A stretch of DNA of 64,000 nucleotides from Podarcis filfolensis (Eukaryota): NCBI GenBank assembly GCA_964270895.1, contig OZ185436.1. One strand, 5' to 3'. Both the position numbers and the translations under genes were made by a program. Positions 1 through 41,733 of the stretch are shown here, piece by piece. The notes under the pieces were generated by a model, which had not been told where the DNA came from, ran no database searches, and saw nothing but the letters and a program-made list of their open reading frames with translations. The first letter of the stretch is position 1. Each line of letters opens with the position of its first letter.

Positions 1-873
1 GGTTCCTTAGTGCACAACCGACTGCCTTCTTCCTCCGTGACTCAGGGAGAGTCAGATTCCCTGTTTGGATGTTGATCCAGTCTATGCTTCCCTCCACATC
101 TCCTATTTACTCTATGGTCCTCTAATAAAGTCTGTGAGGAAGAAACACACACCCACACCCACTTCTCTTCTCTGGTGTCCTAGCTATGGGGAGAGTAATG
201 GCTGGAGGCATTTGCATTGCAGAGCTAGAAGATATTTTGGCTGCTGCCAGCCACACTGTTGTCTTGGATGTAAGCCTACTCAGCCGTTTCTTCTCTGCAT
301 GAACCTTAACTCTCCTCCTGCCCTGCTTCCTTGTAAAATCAACAGCTAAGGCTGTGTACACACTATACCTTTAAAGCACATTCAAAGCATGTTTCTCCCA
401 TAAAGGAATTCTATGCACTGTATTTTACCCCTCAGAGTTACAATTCCCAGTATGCCTTAACAAACTACAGTGCCCAGAATTCTTTGAGGGGGGAAATGTG
501 CTTTAAATGTGTTTTAAAGGTATATTGTGTACACAGCCTAAGGTCCTCCTGAATCAAAGGATTCTCCTCTGTCTGAAAAGCTTCATGGCAGAAAAAAGTT
601 TATCGGGGGGGGGGGCAGTTTTACCAATAATGGTTTTGTGCTGGTAAAACCACCAGGCCTTTTGAACCTGTCCTGAGAACCTCTGCCTCCCCTCTTCTGT
701 TTTCTCCTGCTCTGTTGTTCTGGTGCTCAGTAACCTCCAACATCACAAGGTAAGGGGGTCTTTATTGCTGGCAGCTACCATGAGGAACAGATCTTGGCGT
801 AGGAGGTTAGAGGAATGGACTGGTCTTTCTCAGTTGGGTAACCCTTAAAGTGCTCTTACTGGCTTTGTTGCAG

Positions 874-23329
<22,456 letters not shown>

Positions 23330-23512
23330 GGAAATAAGAAATCCTCAACAGAGCTCATATACTGTCCACAGATGAACAGAGTGCCTGGCAGTTCTAAATG
23401 GCTGTGTGCTATTCTAGATTGCTAGTCTTACTTCACTATAACAAGGCAGCAATGCACCTTTAAGATGCATTTCTGAAGGTAGAAGGGTTCTAATGCAGGA
23501 GTTACTGCATAA

Positions 23513-23720
23513 CAGTGGTTCCCAAACTTCCCCACCCCACGGACCACTTGAAAAATGTTGAGGGTCTTTGCAGATCTCTTAATGATTTATCTGCCTGTTG
23601 TAGCAATTGTGATGTGCTGTGCTAGATGATTTTTCATTGTATTTTTACAGAAATGCTGCAGGCCACCCGAATGAAGCTTATGGACCACTAGTGGTCCAGG
23701 GACCAGTTTGGGAACCCCTG
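23513..23720. mobile_element. hAT (Charlie/MER5-like) MITE in the presumed EVPL 3' UTR
   Basis: TIR CAGTGGTTCCCAAACT / AGTTTGGGAACCCCTG; decayed 8-bp TSD ctgcataa/ctgtatac. Confidence 0.75.
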
Positions 23721-23736
23721 CTGTATACTATAGGGA

Positions 23737-23861
23737 AATAAATGGGATTTTAAAAATAAACAGATATGCTTGGGAAACTTTTACTCTGTGCCTTCATGGC
23801 AAGTTTAAAGGGTTGTGTATCAAGGAGCTTTGAGTTAGATGATTGTCATGCATGCAATAAA
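23737..23861 (+). terminator. Candidate EVPL polyadenylation signals
   Basis: AATAAA at 23737-42, 23755-60 and 23856-61, 0.4-0.5 kb after the stop codon. Confidence 0.5.
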
Positions 23862-24340
23862 AAAGTTAAAAGATTGAACAGGCTCCATTAGTTATCTTTT
23901 AAAAAGTTGGGACGGTTCCTGTGTGCACATTAGGATCCTAACCATGAGTAAATCGCAACAGGCTGTGCTAAAGAATGGACCCCATAAAATGAACATTATA
24001 CAACTATGGAGAACAACAGTGCAGAAGGTTATATGGGGATTCATGGCCAAAGAATACACTTTATCAGAAATCTAATGGTCGGGTCAGAGCAGGACTATGG
24101 GCAATAAAAGGCAAGCAAGACTGATGTACAACACACAGAGAACATTTCATTCCCTTGATAACCGTGAGGGCTGGAGCTCAAAATGGCAAAAGGGGTTCTA
24201 GATTCTTTCTGTATACCATGCATTCAATATAAGCAAAAATGACCGCGGTGTAAAAGATTTTCCCATCATAGGCACTCTTGTCAGTAAGGACATTTGAGAA
24301 CCAGCAAGTTACATTAAAAGATTTATCAAAGCATATTTTT

Positions 24341-24680
24341 TTTATTTAGTGCATACAGAAACTTCTTCAATAATATTAACAGTTAATGATAAAAATGACT
24401 TAAAACATCAGTAACAAGGTTTTTTAAAAAATAACCCCATAACTAGGCAGTGGCTTTGTTTCAGAGCAGGCAGAAGTAGGGGACAAGTTCACTGGTTTCC
24501 CTCCAGAGCAGATTTTCAGGAAGCACACAGGAGATTGCAGGCAAAAGAGGAAATCAGTGGACATTATCTCCCCCTGCCCTTCTATCAGCAGGAGCAATCC
24601 ATGAGCAGAACCCTGCTTGCAGGATCCAACCCCCATGTATTCGGCCAAGATCAGTAACTGGAGTCTATCAAATATTTATT
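24341..24680 (-). terminator. Candidate CDK3 polyadenylation signals
   Basis: Minus-strand AATAAA (tttatt on +) at 24675-80 and 24341-46. Confidence 0.35.
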
Positions 24681-25454
24681 CTTTAGCATCCTGCTCTATC
24701 TAGCTTATTCAGTGACTCTCTTGGCACATTGATGATCAAAGACTTTCACATTCTAATTAAATTAGAAATGAAAACTTGAAGGGCCCGACAGCTGCTCCAA
24801 GATTAAGAAGCCCATTCTTCAATGTGAACTGTGTTTGGACCAAGTTTTTGTCCTTTCTTGAGGGAAAAGGTAAACAAGTATGCTGATAAAGGATACAAAA
24901 AGAAACTAAAATCTGTTGTATTTCTGGGTGGTCTCATGATGTCTGGTTCTCCCACAATTTCCTCTTGAGCATGGATAGTGTGAATGCCAGCAAAAAGCTC
25001 CCATATTAATTACAGGGAGAATCAAATGACATGATATCCCCTGTCCACTGCATCGTCTGCAGGCTGTGCTGGCAGTGCCTAAGTTACTATAACCAATTTC
25101 TCTGCAATGCAATATTGAACTACAGCAAAGATAGAATAATATGTGGTTGCTGGATTAGGATTGAATTCAAATACATAGCAATCCTAAAATTTCAAATCAT
25201 ATTTTGCCCCATCAAATGCTTAGAGTGCCAAGTTTGTTTTCAAAGAACACAAGAGGCTGCCTTCTATTTAGAACAGTCAAAATCTATATGAATATAGCAT
25301 TAACCCCACTAAAAGGCTGAGAACTTCTAAACCAGAATGAACAAGTTTCATCCTCTATAGCCATTCCAATTCCAAGCATAAGAGGCTCAGTTATTAGGAC
25401 GGGTTAATCCAGGGAACTATTGTCAGGGAAGCACACTGCAGATTTGCCTCCTTC

Positions 25455-32499
<7,045 letters not shown>

Positions 32500-33585
32500 T
32501 TAGGAGTAGTACTATCTGGTCATCTCTATACATCATAGCATTTTGCATGTTTCCATTCTTCCATTCACCCTACCCCTGAAAAGTAATAATAATCCATTTA
32601 AACAAATAAGCTTAATGCTTAAATAACATCTTTAATAATCCCTTTCAAATGGACTACTCTCATATTCTCCAATACATTAACCTACTTAAGTTAACTGAAG
32701 GTGTCTGGCGATTACAATGACACTTACTGTTCCCTTTGCGCTATGACAGCCCAGCCCCAGGGCCAAGAAACACAATACGCATCCCCGCATAATGGATGAT
32801 GCCTTATTGGGATCCTGCCTTTCCTTCAAGGAGTTCAGGGTGGTATTTTGGGCTCACAACACCATCCTATGAAGCAGATGAGCCTCAAAGGGAGTTTTGT
32901 TTCATAGAGAAAGATGTGCCCCTGACTTTCCCAGTCAAACTTTAGCAACTACACCCCACAGGCCTTGTTTGTTTGCCTCAGCTGCAAAATTAAATACAGG
33001 TTTTGTATGAGTGGAGCAGAAAACATAGGCAAATGGCACATTTTTCACTCTCTCACCTATGGAGCAGATTGGCAATAGAGCCAGGACAGGCAAGAGGAAG
33101 GGATTCTTTACACAATGCATAATTGCATTATGGGATCCACAGCCACAATGTTTTCTAGGGTAACTGCAGATATAGGGAATATTCTTGTCCCTCCAACAAG
33201 GTTAATCAAAATATTTCTTGACTTAAGGGGGAGGGGTGTTGGGAATATTCTGAATAAGAATCCTTCTTTACATGCGATGTTCAAGAACACGGCATTGTTA
33301 AATGGAAGAGACTTACTGCACATTGTCATATTTGAGGAAGGCCTTGGGCCCAGGCCTGCCCTGACACCCAAGGAACTACTCACTAAGCCACCCCCGTTCC
33401 CACGCGAGTCACAAATTACTAATGTGATCATCTAACGGGAAAATTAAAGCTCTCGGCTCCTCAGAATGCTTCCCACCTGCTCATCTAGTCTTCCATTTGC
33501 CTCCATACCCTCCTTCCTACTGAACTACAGTACAGTGTTTCCAAGGGGTCAAAATTCACCTCACACCACCACTAAAGTGGCTTTT

Positions 33586-33601
33586 GCCCACTAGAGGGAG
33601 A
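33586..33601 (+). promoter_or_regulatory. CTCF-like motif GCCCACTAGAGGGAG between TEN1 and CDK3
   Basis: One mismatch to CCACYAGRGGGCR. Confidence 0.3.
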
Positions 33602-36406
33602 TGTTCAAATGCAAAAATGCAAATGTTACCAAATATAAGAAAACACACAGAGAGATCTCTTTTGGTGCTGTTTGACTAGTATACTCACAGTTTCTGCATC
33701 CCTTCCAACAGGGATATATTGTAGGAAGTTGACAGGAGCAATAACTGCAGGCTAGACTTTGGCCCTGCTTTTAAAATTTCTTGCAAGGGGGAAATGATCA
33801 AAATTACTTAATTTGGGCAAGTTTTTCTTTGCTCACAGGCTATCTTTTCTTCAGAGACTTGGTGATAGCACCGAAGCACTCGTGAGCCCCAGAGGACTTC
33901 TGTTATGAAGTGAGACTGACAGATGCAAATACCAAATACAGTAAATAAATAATATTTGGATATTCAAAGAACGCAAGGAAGGATAAAGTGGGCACGCAGC
34001 AGCCCTGCAGCCCAAATTCCCATTCCTGCTGGCTCCACCCCAACTTTTGCACATCAAAACCAGTATTATGATAGGATACTTCATGGGTTCAGCCTCTCCG
34101 TGCTTGGAAACCATGTGTATCAGGGTTCCCAATTGTGAGGAAGATTCTAAGTATATCCAGCCAAACACATTCAAAATCCCCCTTCAGACTTTCCTGTCCA
34201 ACATTCAAAGTTCAGGAGAGGAGCTAGTGGGGTTGTTGACATTGGGGGAAAGGCTGGCATTTACTACCCTGAAACACTTTATTCTCCTTTGCCAGTGGAA
34301 AGCTAACCTGTGGTCTTTCACAGGTTAGTTGTATTACAACTCCCTACTTTCTGACCATTGGCCATGCTGGCTGGGGCTGATGGAAAGAGGACCCCAACAA
34401 GACCTGGAAGGCCACAGTGGTCAATCATCCTCAGCCTTTGCACTCTCTGAAACCTTAATATGGCTGTGGTGTCTAGCCAAACAGATTCTGCTAGTTTTAG
34501 TTAGGCAGTATTTAAAGCTAGAAAAAGTATGTAACCATTCTTCAAGTATAGGATGAATAACACATTTCTCCTACCTCACCCCAGCCTTTAAACAATGTTA
34601 AAGTCTTGCAATTATTATCAATATGCAAACGAATATGCTTATCCACATATGGAGAAGCACCATTTTACACTTACAAAAAAGTTGCGATCCTCATCATTTC
34701 AAGAACATGTCTTAATTTTTAATTTGGGATGGTGGTGGTCTGTTTCTGACACTACAGTGAACATGGTGGTTAAGGTCATTGCACAGAGCGAACAGTTTGA
34801 TGCTGAGTTCTCAAAAGTGTGTTAACTAGGAAGAAATGGCACATGGGTGGATTTTTAATATCTCTTCAACACATTTTTATAAGTAGGCATGGCACTTCTT
34901 ACCAGCACCAGTGATTGTGAGTTCAGTATTCATCTGAGTTAGGAGAAAGTCAGGACTATTTTGTAGAAGGCAAATATGTGTTATCTTCGTATGAGATATC
35001 AGTATGGGCACTCTGCTAAAGGTCAGCCTCTGCTCCTTTCTCTGACAGGTTTTATTTCACAAGAAGATGACTCCCACATTAGAACCCCTCCCATAGATCT
35101 TAGCAGCTGAGATTGATACAAATATAATTAGAACATAGAAACATTTCTTGTTTCTATGAATTCTAATGCAGAAATTAACTTCGATCCTTAACTCTTTGGA
35201 GTAGAAATCTCAGTCAAGAACCATGCAAAGTGCTGTAACTATGGGGGTGGGGACACACCTCATTTTCAATATAAATCTCAGTTGAGCATAATGGCTATGA
35301 CACAACTTTCATTAATCTAGTATTAAGGTGAAACCATAATGGACGTTTAAGAATCTGAGCTCCCATTAGGTAATATAGAAATAAAACCTGTCATGATTTT
35401 GTAATATTAATATCTTGTAGTATTGTAATATTTCTCTCTGGTGGAGAAAGGATCCAGAAAAGCCCTCAAAAGATATTAATCAAAATCCATTCAGTGTCTC
35501 TCCCCACCCCCCACCCCAGTAGAGGTGCAAAACTTTGTTGTTGTTGAGGACTGCATTCCCTCAGATTAAGGTGACCAATGGCAGGACCAAATGTGGACAT
35601 AGCCACCTGTTTTCTCTCTCTTTCTGCCATCCCTTCTCTTTCTCACTCTCTCTCTCTCTCCTTCCTCCCTGTCCACCCAGCTGCTGCAGGAAGTACAGAT
35701 CACTCTTGCTGGAGGTCAAAGCTGTTTCGTAGCAGAGGGATTTTGAAATTAGGCTAAGGGTTGCATATAATAAGGCTGAGTGCTACAGGTTGTCAGGAAG
35801 CACACAAATAAATAGCCCAGTAAGTACTAGTCAATCTAGGAATGCTGCTAACCAACCAGTTTTCTCACAGTATCCATAAAGCCTGGGACTTGAAGATTGG
35901 CCACAGAGGACTGAAAAATGAGCAACTTAACATAATCAAGGCTGCTTTGTGGCCCTGTCACAAAAGCAAAAGAAGAATGGGCATTTAAACACTATTAACT
36001 TTAAATTTTATTATTAAACAAAAAACCAAAGAGTATTTAAAATCCAGCTGCTGTAAACTTAATGGCAGTTTTCATTATTTCAAAATACAGTCGTAATAAA
36101 CTAGTATGCATGTATTAACCCTTTGCATTTTGCATTGTTTAAATGGCTTTCAAAACACTGTGGCAACTTCTGCATATCCTAGCGTAATATGTGAAGCAGT
36201 TCTAGAACACTGGCGGCATACCTTCTCCCGCTGAACATTAAAAATATTTTTTTTGGGGGGGGGGTCATCTTAAGGCAATAGCAGGCAGTACAATTTTAAG
36301 ACAGCATTTCAAAATGGTACTGGAGTGAAGGAAAATGATAAGCTGGCCCTATTCAGTATAGCACTGATTATGTTCAGTAATAAGTCCTCTCCTAATGCAG
36401 ACAGAA

Positions 36407-36543
36407 CTAGGAGGCATTTCCTTCCAGCTGCTTCTCTCTCTCCTGGAAATATTTTCTCTGTTCCGTTATGGCCTTCTCCAGCAACTGAAGGTTTATTCCT
36501 TCCACACATGTAAACACACGGGCCTTTATCACCATCTCATTAC
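36407..36543 (-). CDS. TEN1: TEN1 last coding exon
   Basis: tttacag| acceptor, TAG at 36409-36407; candidate minus-strand AATAAA at 36007-12. Confidence 0.93.
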
Positions 36544-38414
36544 CTGTAAATATAAAAATTAAAGTCATCAGAAATGTGGCAACTTTTTTTAAGAATCTAT
36601 GTAAGCTCCGTCATGGTCAATAATGCAGTCTTGCAACTGCAGTATGCTGACAAATGCTTAGAATGCAGAATGCCACTGCAACTTTACACCAGCACACGAC
36701 GATAGGCTGGTGCAAAAATCTAGAAGTGGACTATAAGGTCATATTTAAAACAGGTCCTGCTGAAAACTGAAATTAAGCAGGTCACATTTTCACTGTGCTT
36801 TGCTAAATATGACATATGGGAAATAGTTGGCTAGAAATCACTGAAGTGGAAAGAGATGGAGGGTAACCGTATGTCTATTTTATAGGTCATGGGATTCAGA
36901 GCAGTCAAGTCCTAGAAGCCATTTCTAATTTCAAGTTCAGCTTCACATGTAATATTCCAAACAGTGACTTTTGTCTGTTCAATTCCCACCCCCATCAACC
37001 AATTCAGATTAATTCCAGAGCACCTACTTGTCTGAAAACTGAGTTTGAATACCCACAAGTACAAAGGCACAGTAGATTTCAGAAAACCTAATAATAAGTC
37101 ACATGTCTCTTGTATCTCAGTGTGCAACTAAGAAGTGCTCGAATTATGAGTGATTATCATAATTATTACTTGGTACAAGAAGGTATTGTCATCTAGTCAC
37201 ATTTGACATTTCACCCAGAAACCTACTTAATTATTTAGGATCCCAAACGATCCATCTGCAGATCATGTCAGCTAGCAGGCTAATTGGTGCCAGGGGTCAA
37301 GGTCTCCTAAAATATACAACTGGTGCCGAAGAAATGCTGGTATTTGGGTGCCAAGGAATACCCACACTATAGCAGGAGCTCTCCCAGACACAACATGTAT
37401 AAAGTAGTTATCCCTTTGCTGAAGAGAATTCAAAAGTCCTCCCTGAAGGCAATTCTTTTCTTGCAGGAATATAATATTTTCCAAGCACTCTCGTTGGAAA
37501 GTCGTTTTGCTAGCTAATTGCTTATCTCAGCTCCCAGCTGAGTTTTACACAGGAAAACGATATTGGGAATAAGCCATTTGCAGGAAGAGTGTTTAACTGT
37601 TCCCCTGCCCACCCTTTTCACCTTCCTTCTTCCATCCCCATAGCCACTATTATCCCAGCTAAGTTCCAAAAGCATGTTTGTAAAAGAATCTGAAATTTGT
37701 GTGTTTGTGGTTTTGCAAGGGCGAAGCACCAAATGTGGGGAAGGCTGCATCCTCCTGCCCCATAATTCTGCTCTACAATCTGGCCCCTCAGCAATGCTTT
37801 TCTGTGAAGAAGACGACATCACATGGCAGGGCAGAGTCTCAAACAAACATGTGATCTTCCAAGCCCACATTCCCAGCATGTTTGCACCTCTGTCTCAGCA
37901 ACGTCTATGCTAGTCATATCCACAGAATGGAAGATGGCAGGATCCCAATAATGTGCTCTACAGGGAGCTGGCTTCAGACACCAGGCCCGTTGGCAGACCA
38001 ACTCTGTGTTACAAAGATGTTGGCAAGTGTAGCATGAAGGCTGGCAACATTAACCCCATCGTGTGGGAATCCCTTGCAAATGACCACAGCGCCTGGAGAC
38101 AATCAAGCTAGCTTGTGTATCTGCAGCAGTGACCAGAAAAGGAATGTCTGCTGGGAGGAGCGCAGAAAGAAGAGACGCCATGGTACACCTGCATCAGCAC
38201 AATTGGACGCCTTCATCTGCCCCTGCTGCAACAAAACATGTCTCTCCCATATCAGTCTCTAAAGTCACAGCAGGCACTGTTTGATTTCACCCCAAAAAAG
38301 TGTACTCTTCCATTGTATCCCAAGACAGACGGATGCCAACAACAGCCCACAACAACCCATTTCCTTGAGATAATGCCGTACTGTAATAATAATAATAATA
38401 ATATTAATAACAAA

Positions 38415-38459
<45 letters not shown>

Positions 38460-40902
38460 TTATTATTTATACCCTGCCCATCTTGCTGGGTTTCTCCAGA
38501 CACTCCGGGCGGCTTCCAACGGAATATTAAAATACAATAACCTATTAAACATTAAAAGCTTCCCTAAACAGGGCTGCCTTCAAATGTCTTCTAAAAGTCT
38601 GGTAGTTGTTTTTCTCTTTGACATCTGGTGGGAGGGCATTCCACAGGGTAGGTGCCACTACCAAGAAGGCCCTCTGCCTGGTTCTCTGTAACCTGGCTCC
38701 TCGCAGCGAGGGAACCGCCAGAAGGCCCTCGGCACTAGACCTCCGTGTCTAGGCAGAACGATGGGGGTGGAGACGCTCCTTCAGGTATACTGGACTGAGG
38801 CCGTTTAGGAAAGCTAGCTAGACTGACAACAGTAGTTCCACAGACATACATGGATGGTAGCCAAGATGGTGCCCCCAGATGTTGTTGGACTCCAGTCAGT
38901 CCCAGCCAACATGGACAATGCTCATAGCTGGTGGGAGCTGTAGTCCAATAACATCTGGAGAACCATTGTGAGAACAGGATGCTGGACTAGATGAGCCATT
39001 GGCCTAATCCAGCAGCCTCCTTTTATGTTCTTAGGGAGGCCACCACTGCATACGGCCATCAAAACTGGTGGGATTCTTTGACAGATGTAAGCAATCAGTA
39101 CTGCATGAACACCTCCAAATGCACTTCGAAAAATGCATTGAATTGTGTCCTCAGTGTAGCTGAATATAAGGACATGATTCTTCTTTCCTCCCCACCCAGA
39201 GGCTTAAACATACGTGCACTAGCCCTAGTGCCTCCCACACAGTATTCACTACCACTGTAGCATAAATCAACATTTCAAGTCTCATGGTTAGGCAACGCAA
39301 CTTTTAATAAGGGTACACAAGCAGCTTAAAGTTTCTGTGTTATACAATCAGGTCAAAGGTGTTTTCCATATGCTAAGAGAGTCCAGGAACAAACGTTGCC
39401 ACCTTTGCATAAAATTACAAGAAGCCAGGCTGCAACAAACAAGTTGGCTTGCAGCAGAGGGTTAGCATGATTAGAAAACAAGTGCTATCCCTGTGACAGT
39501 TCCAGAGAATGAAAAGGAAACATCAACAGGAGTGATTAGGTACTAACTTAAATCAGTGTTAATGTCATTTTCCTTTCATGCAAAAGGATTGCATCAGAAG
39601 ATCAGGGTCCCTATTCCCAAGACTACTTATTTTACCTTCTAGACCAAGGGTGAGGAACCTCCAGCCCATGGGCCAAACATGCAAGGCCATTTCTCTGAAA
39701 CCACACCTACCTGCCCCACACTTGATGCCATATGTGACTACAGGTGTGGGCCAGGTAGAGAAGCAGCTGCACAAAGCAGGATTGAACTCCCCGCGTATTA
39801 ACTGCTGTGTGAAGAGTTCAATCCTGCTTTGTGCAGGATCTCCTCCTGCCCCTGGTGGGCCAACTTTTGGCAAGTGGCTGGGACAACTCACCCAACATCA
39901 ATATAATGCCTGATGACTGGCAGGCGGGTGGTCCTGCCCACCTGTCAAAGTTGGCTCACTGGGGTGGAGGAGATAAAGGCTGGTCCGCCAGGCCAGGATC
40001 TAGACTATTCCTGGTTTCACGGATAGAAAAAAATACAAGTGTTCTTACCCTCTTTATGTTCAGTTTCCCCCAGTACAATATACAGAGCCCCAAGCTGGGC
40101 TTGGAATGGTTCCACAAACTTGGTACAAACTTGGATACTGTGCTGAACTGAAGTGTGCTGAGCTGTTAAGATGGCTTGGGAGCTGACCACATCATAGGAG
40201 TGTAGCCTGAAAACCAAAAAATTGGGTCTCAAATAATGTTGATAATAATAAATAAAGCATGTGAAATTATGTGCAGAATGATTTTGTTTCAAGTTGGCCG
40301 TTGTTGCTTCAGTTTTTTGTACACTGCTTTTAGATATTTTTAATATATTAAGTAGTACAGAAATTAAATAATCAAATAATGTATTTAAATATAGAGAAAT
40401 TAGATTTACCTATAACTGCTTCCCAATGCTAAGCACACTGGGTAGTGATCAGCTAGGTTTTACTCAGAGACCCATTTAAATAAATGAATATAATTTAGTT
40501 GTGCTTATTAATTTCAGTGGGTTGACTCTAAGTAAAACTTCTTTGAACACCACCCAGTTAACTGAAAATTAAATAACTGATTTCAAAGTCCGTCCGTCCC
40601 CCAGCTAAGCATGTCTAATAATGCTATACTGGATGAGTGCCTGAGCTCAAAATACATACAATATGACATTTAGGATAAATAACTCAATGTTAGCCTAATG
40701 TTTCTTTCTTTTAACTCACATATTCATAAGAGACAAAAAGAGCAGAAGTAGTAATGTTAGATAGGATGACCAAAAGTAACAGAAATCTTAAGATCAAAAG
40801 GAATTACACTGACCTGCCAAAGGTTCTCAGGGTCTTCCCTTCTGGGATCAATGCCGAGTTGATTTCCCAAGGAAAGTGATATGTTCCAGCATCTGGCAGC
40901 AT
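36407..40902 (-). CDS. TEN1: CST complex subunit TEN1, complete, 127 aa: complement join(40814-40902,40049-40206,36407-36543)
   Basis: Translation: MLPDAGTYHFPWEINSALIPEGKTLRTFGR LHSYDVVSSQAILTAQHTSVQHSIQVCTKFVEPFQAQLGALYIVLGETEHKE GNEMVIKARVFTCVEGINLQLLEKAITEQRKYFQEREKQLEGNAS*. It matches the TEN1 OB-fold motifs (PWE, TLRTFGR, VCTK.VEPF.AQ.G.LYIVLGE, KARV.TCVEG). Phases are 2 and 1 with GT-AG introns. Confidence 0.95.
37830..38345 (+). mobile_element. RTE-clade LINE 3' fragment
   Basis: Translates to HIHRMEDGRIP...LYRELAS..RPVGRPTL.YKDV and FICPCCNKTCLSHISL (C-terminal Zn-finger-like), with stops and frameshifts. Confidence 0.75.
38386..38459. repeat. (AAT)n microsatellite forming the tail of the adjacent L2 3' end
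   Basis: About 24 AAT units with an interruption. Confidence 0.95.
38460..38810 (-). mobile_element. L2-like LINE 3' end
   Basis: Minus strand encodes RAFLVVAPTLWNALPPDVK-like L2 ORF2 terminus followed by a (TTA)n tail; homologous to 41398, 42205 and 57783. Confidence 0.75.
40049..40206 (-). CDS. TEN1: TEN1 coding exon 2
   Basis: ttcag| ... |GTAAGA, 158 nt. Confidence 0.95.
40814..40902 (-). CDS. TEN1: TEN1 coding exon 1
   Basis: AAAATG start at 40902, donor |GTCAGT. Confidence 0.93.
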
Positions 40903-41397
40903 TTTGCGCAACTGTTCTTGAGAACAGACCCGACAGTCAGACAAAAAATGAAGTGAGTATTTAAAAGATTATCTTTCCGCTTCAAGGTAATTAGATTCCC
41001 CTACTATGCAACAGCAGGTGTTACTTTTTCAGTTGACAGGCTTCTTTAATTATGCTCAAATCGATTCTAATAGACTACTACCTATTTTGTTCATGATGAT
41101 AACCTCATTTTAAGTACTTTGCAAGGTTCCCAGCCAGCTTGGCCATTGGAATAGGGAAGATGGGAGTTGTAGTCCAGCATCAACTGAAGGTCCACAGGTT
41201 CCGCATCTCTGCTGTAAGGGCAGGTAGCTATTACTATTTTACAGATCTGATGATAGGATTGCTATCTACCATACCTTTATCTTATAGCATCTCACTCTTC
41301 AGACGCCACTACACAAGAAAGTGTCACATACAGTATTATATTATATACTGTTTAGGGAAGTTTCTAATATTTAATGCTGTATTTTTTTAACACTCAA

Positions 41398-41483
41398 TTG
41401 GGAGCCGCCCAGAGTGGCTGGGGAAACTCAGCCAGATGGGCGGGGTATAAATAATAAATTATTATTATTATTATTATTATTAT
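41398..41483 (+). mobile_element. L2-like LINE extreme 3' end with (TTA)n tail
   Basis: ggagccgcccagagtggctggggaaactcagccagatgggcggggtataaataataaattattatt. Confidence 0.75.
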
Positions 41484-41520
41484 ATATTACTTATATCATC
41501 AAATACAGACTATTATTTAT

Positions 41521-41733
41521 TTTTTGAATATCCCACTTTTTTCTCCAAGGAGTTCAAAGTGGCATACATGGTTCTCCCCCTCCTCATTTAATCCCTATAA
41601 CAATGCTAGCAGACAGGTTAGGCTCAGAAGCAGTGACTGTCTCACCCAGTGAACTTCTTTGCTGAGGGAGGATTTGAACCCTGGTCTCCCAGGTGCTAGT
41701 CCACAATTCCAACCACTACACCACAATGTCTCT
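41521..41733 (-). mobile_element. Squam3-like tRNA-derived SINE
   Basis: Reverse complement reads AGAGACATTGTGGTGTAGTGGTTGG...GGTTCAAATCC (A and B boxes); homologous to 30213. Confidence 0.75.

Noticed and set aside
33108-33435. Two overlapping ORFs of about 106 aa on opposite strands between TEN1 and CDK3
   Set aside because: No recognisable motif, and the frames are not codon-registered. The region is better explained as the CDK3 5' intron or first exon. Not formally excluded without expression data.
38238-38540. Poly-Asn and poly-Leu ORFs
   Set aside because: Translations of the (AAT)n LINE tail.
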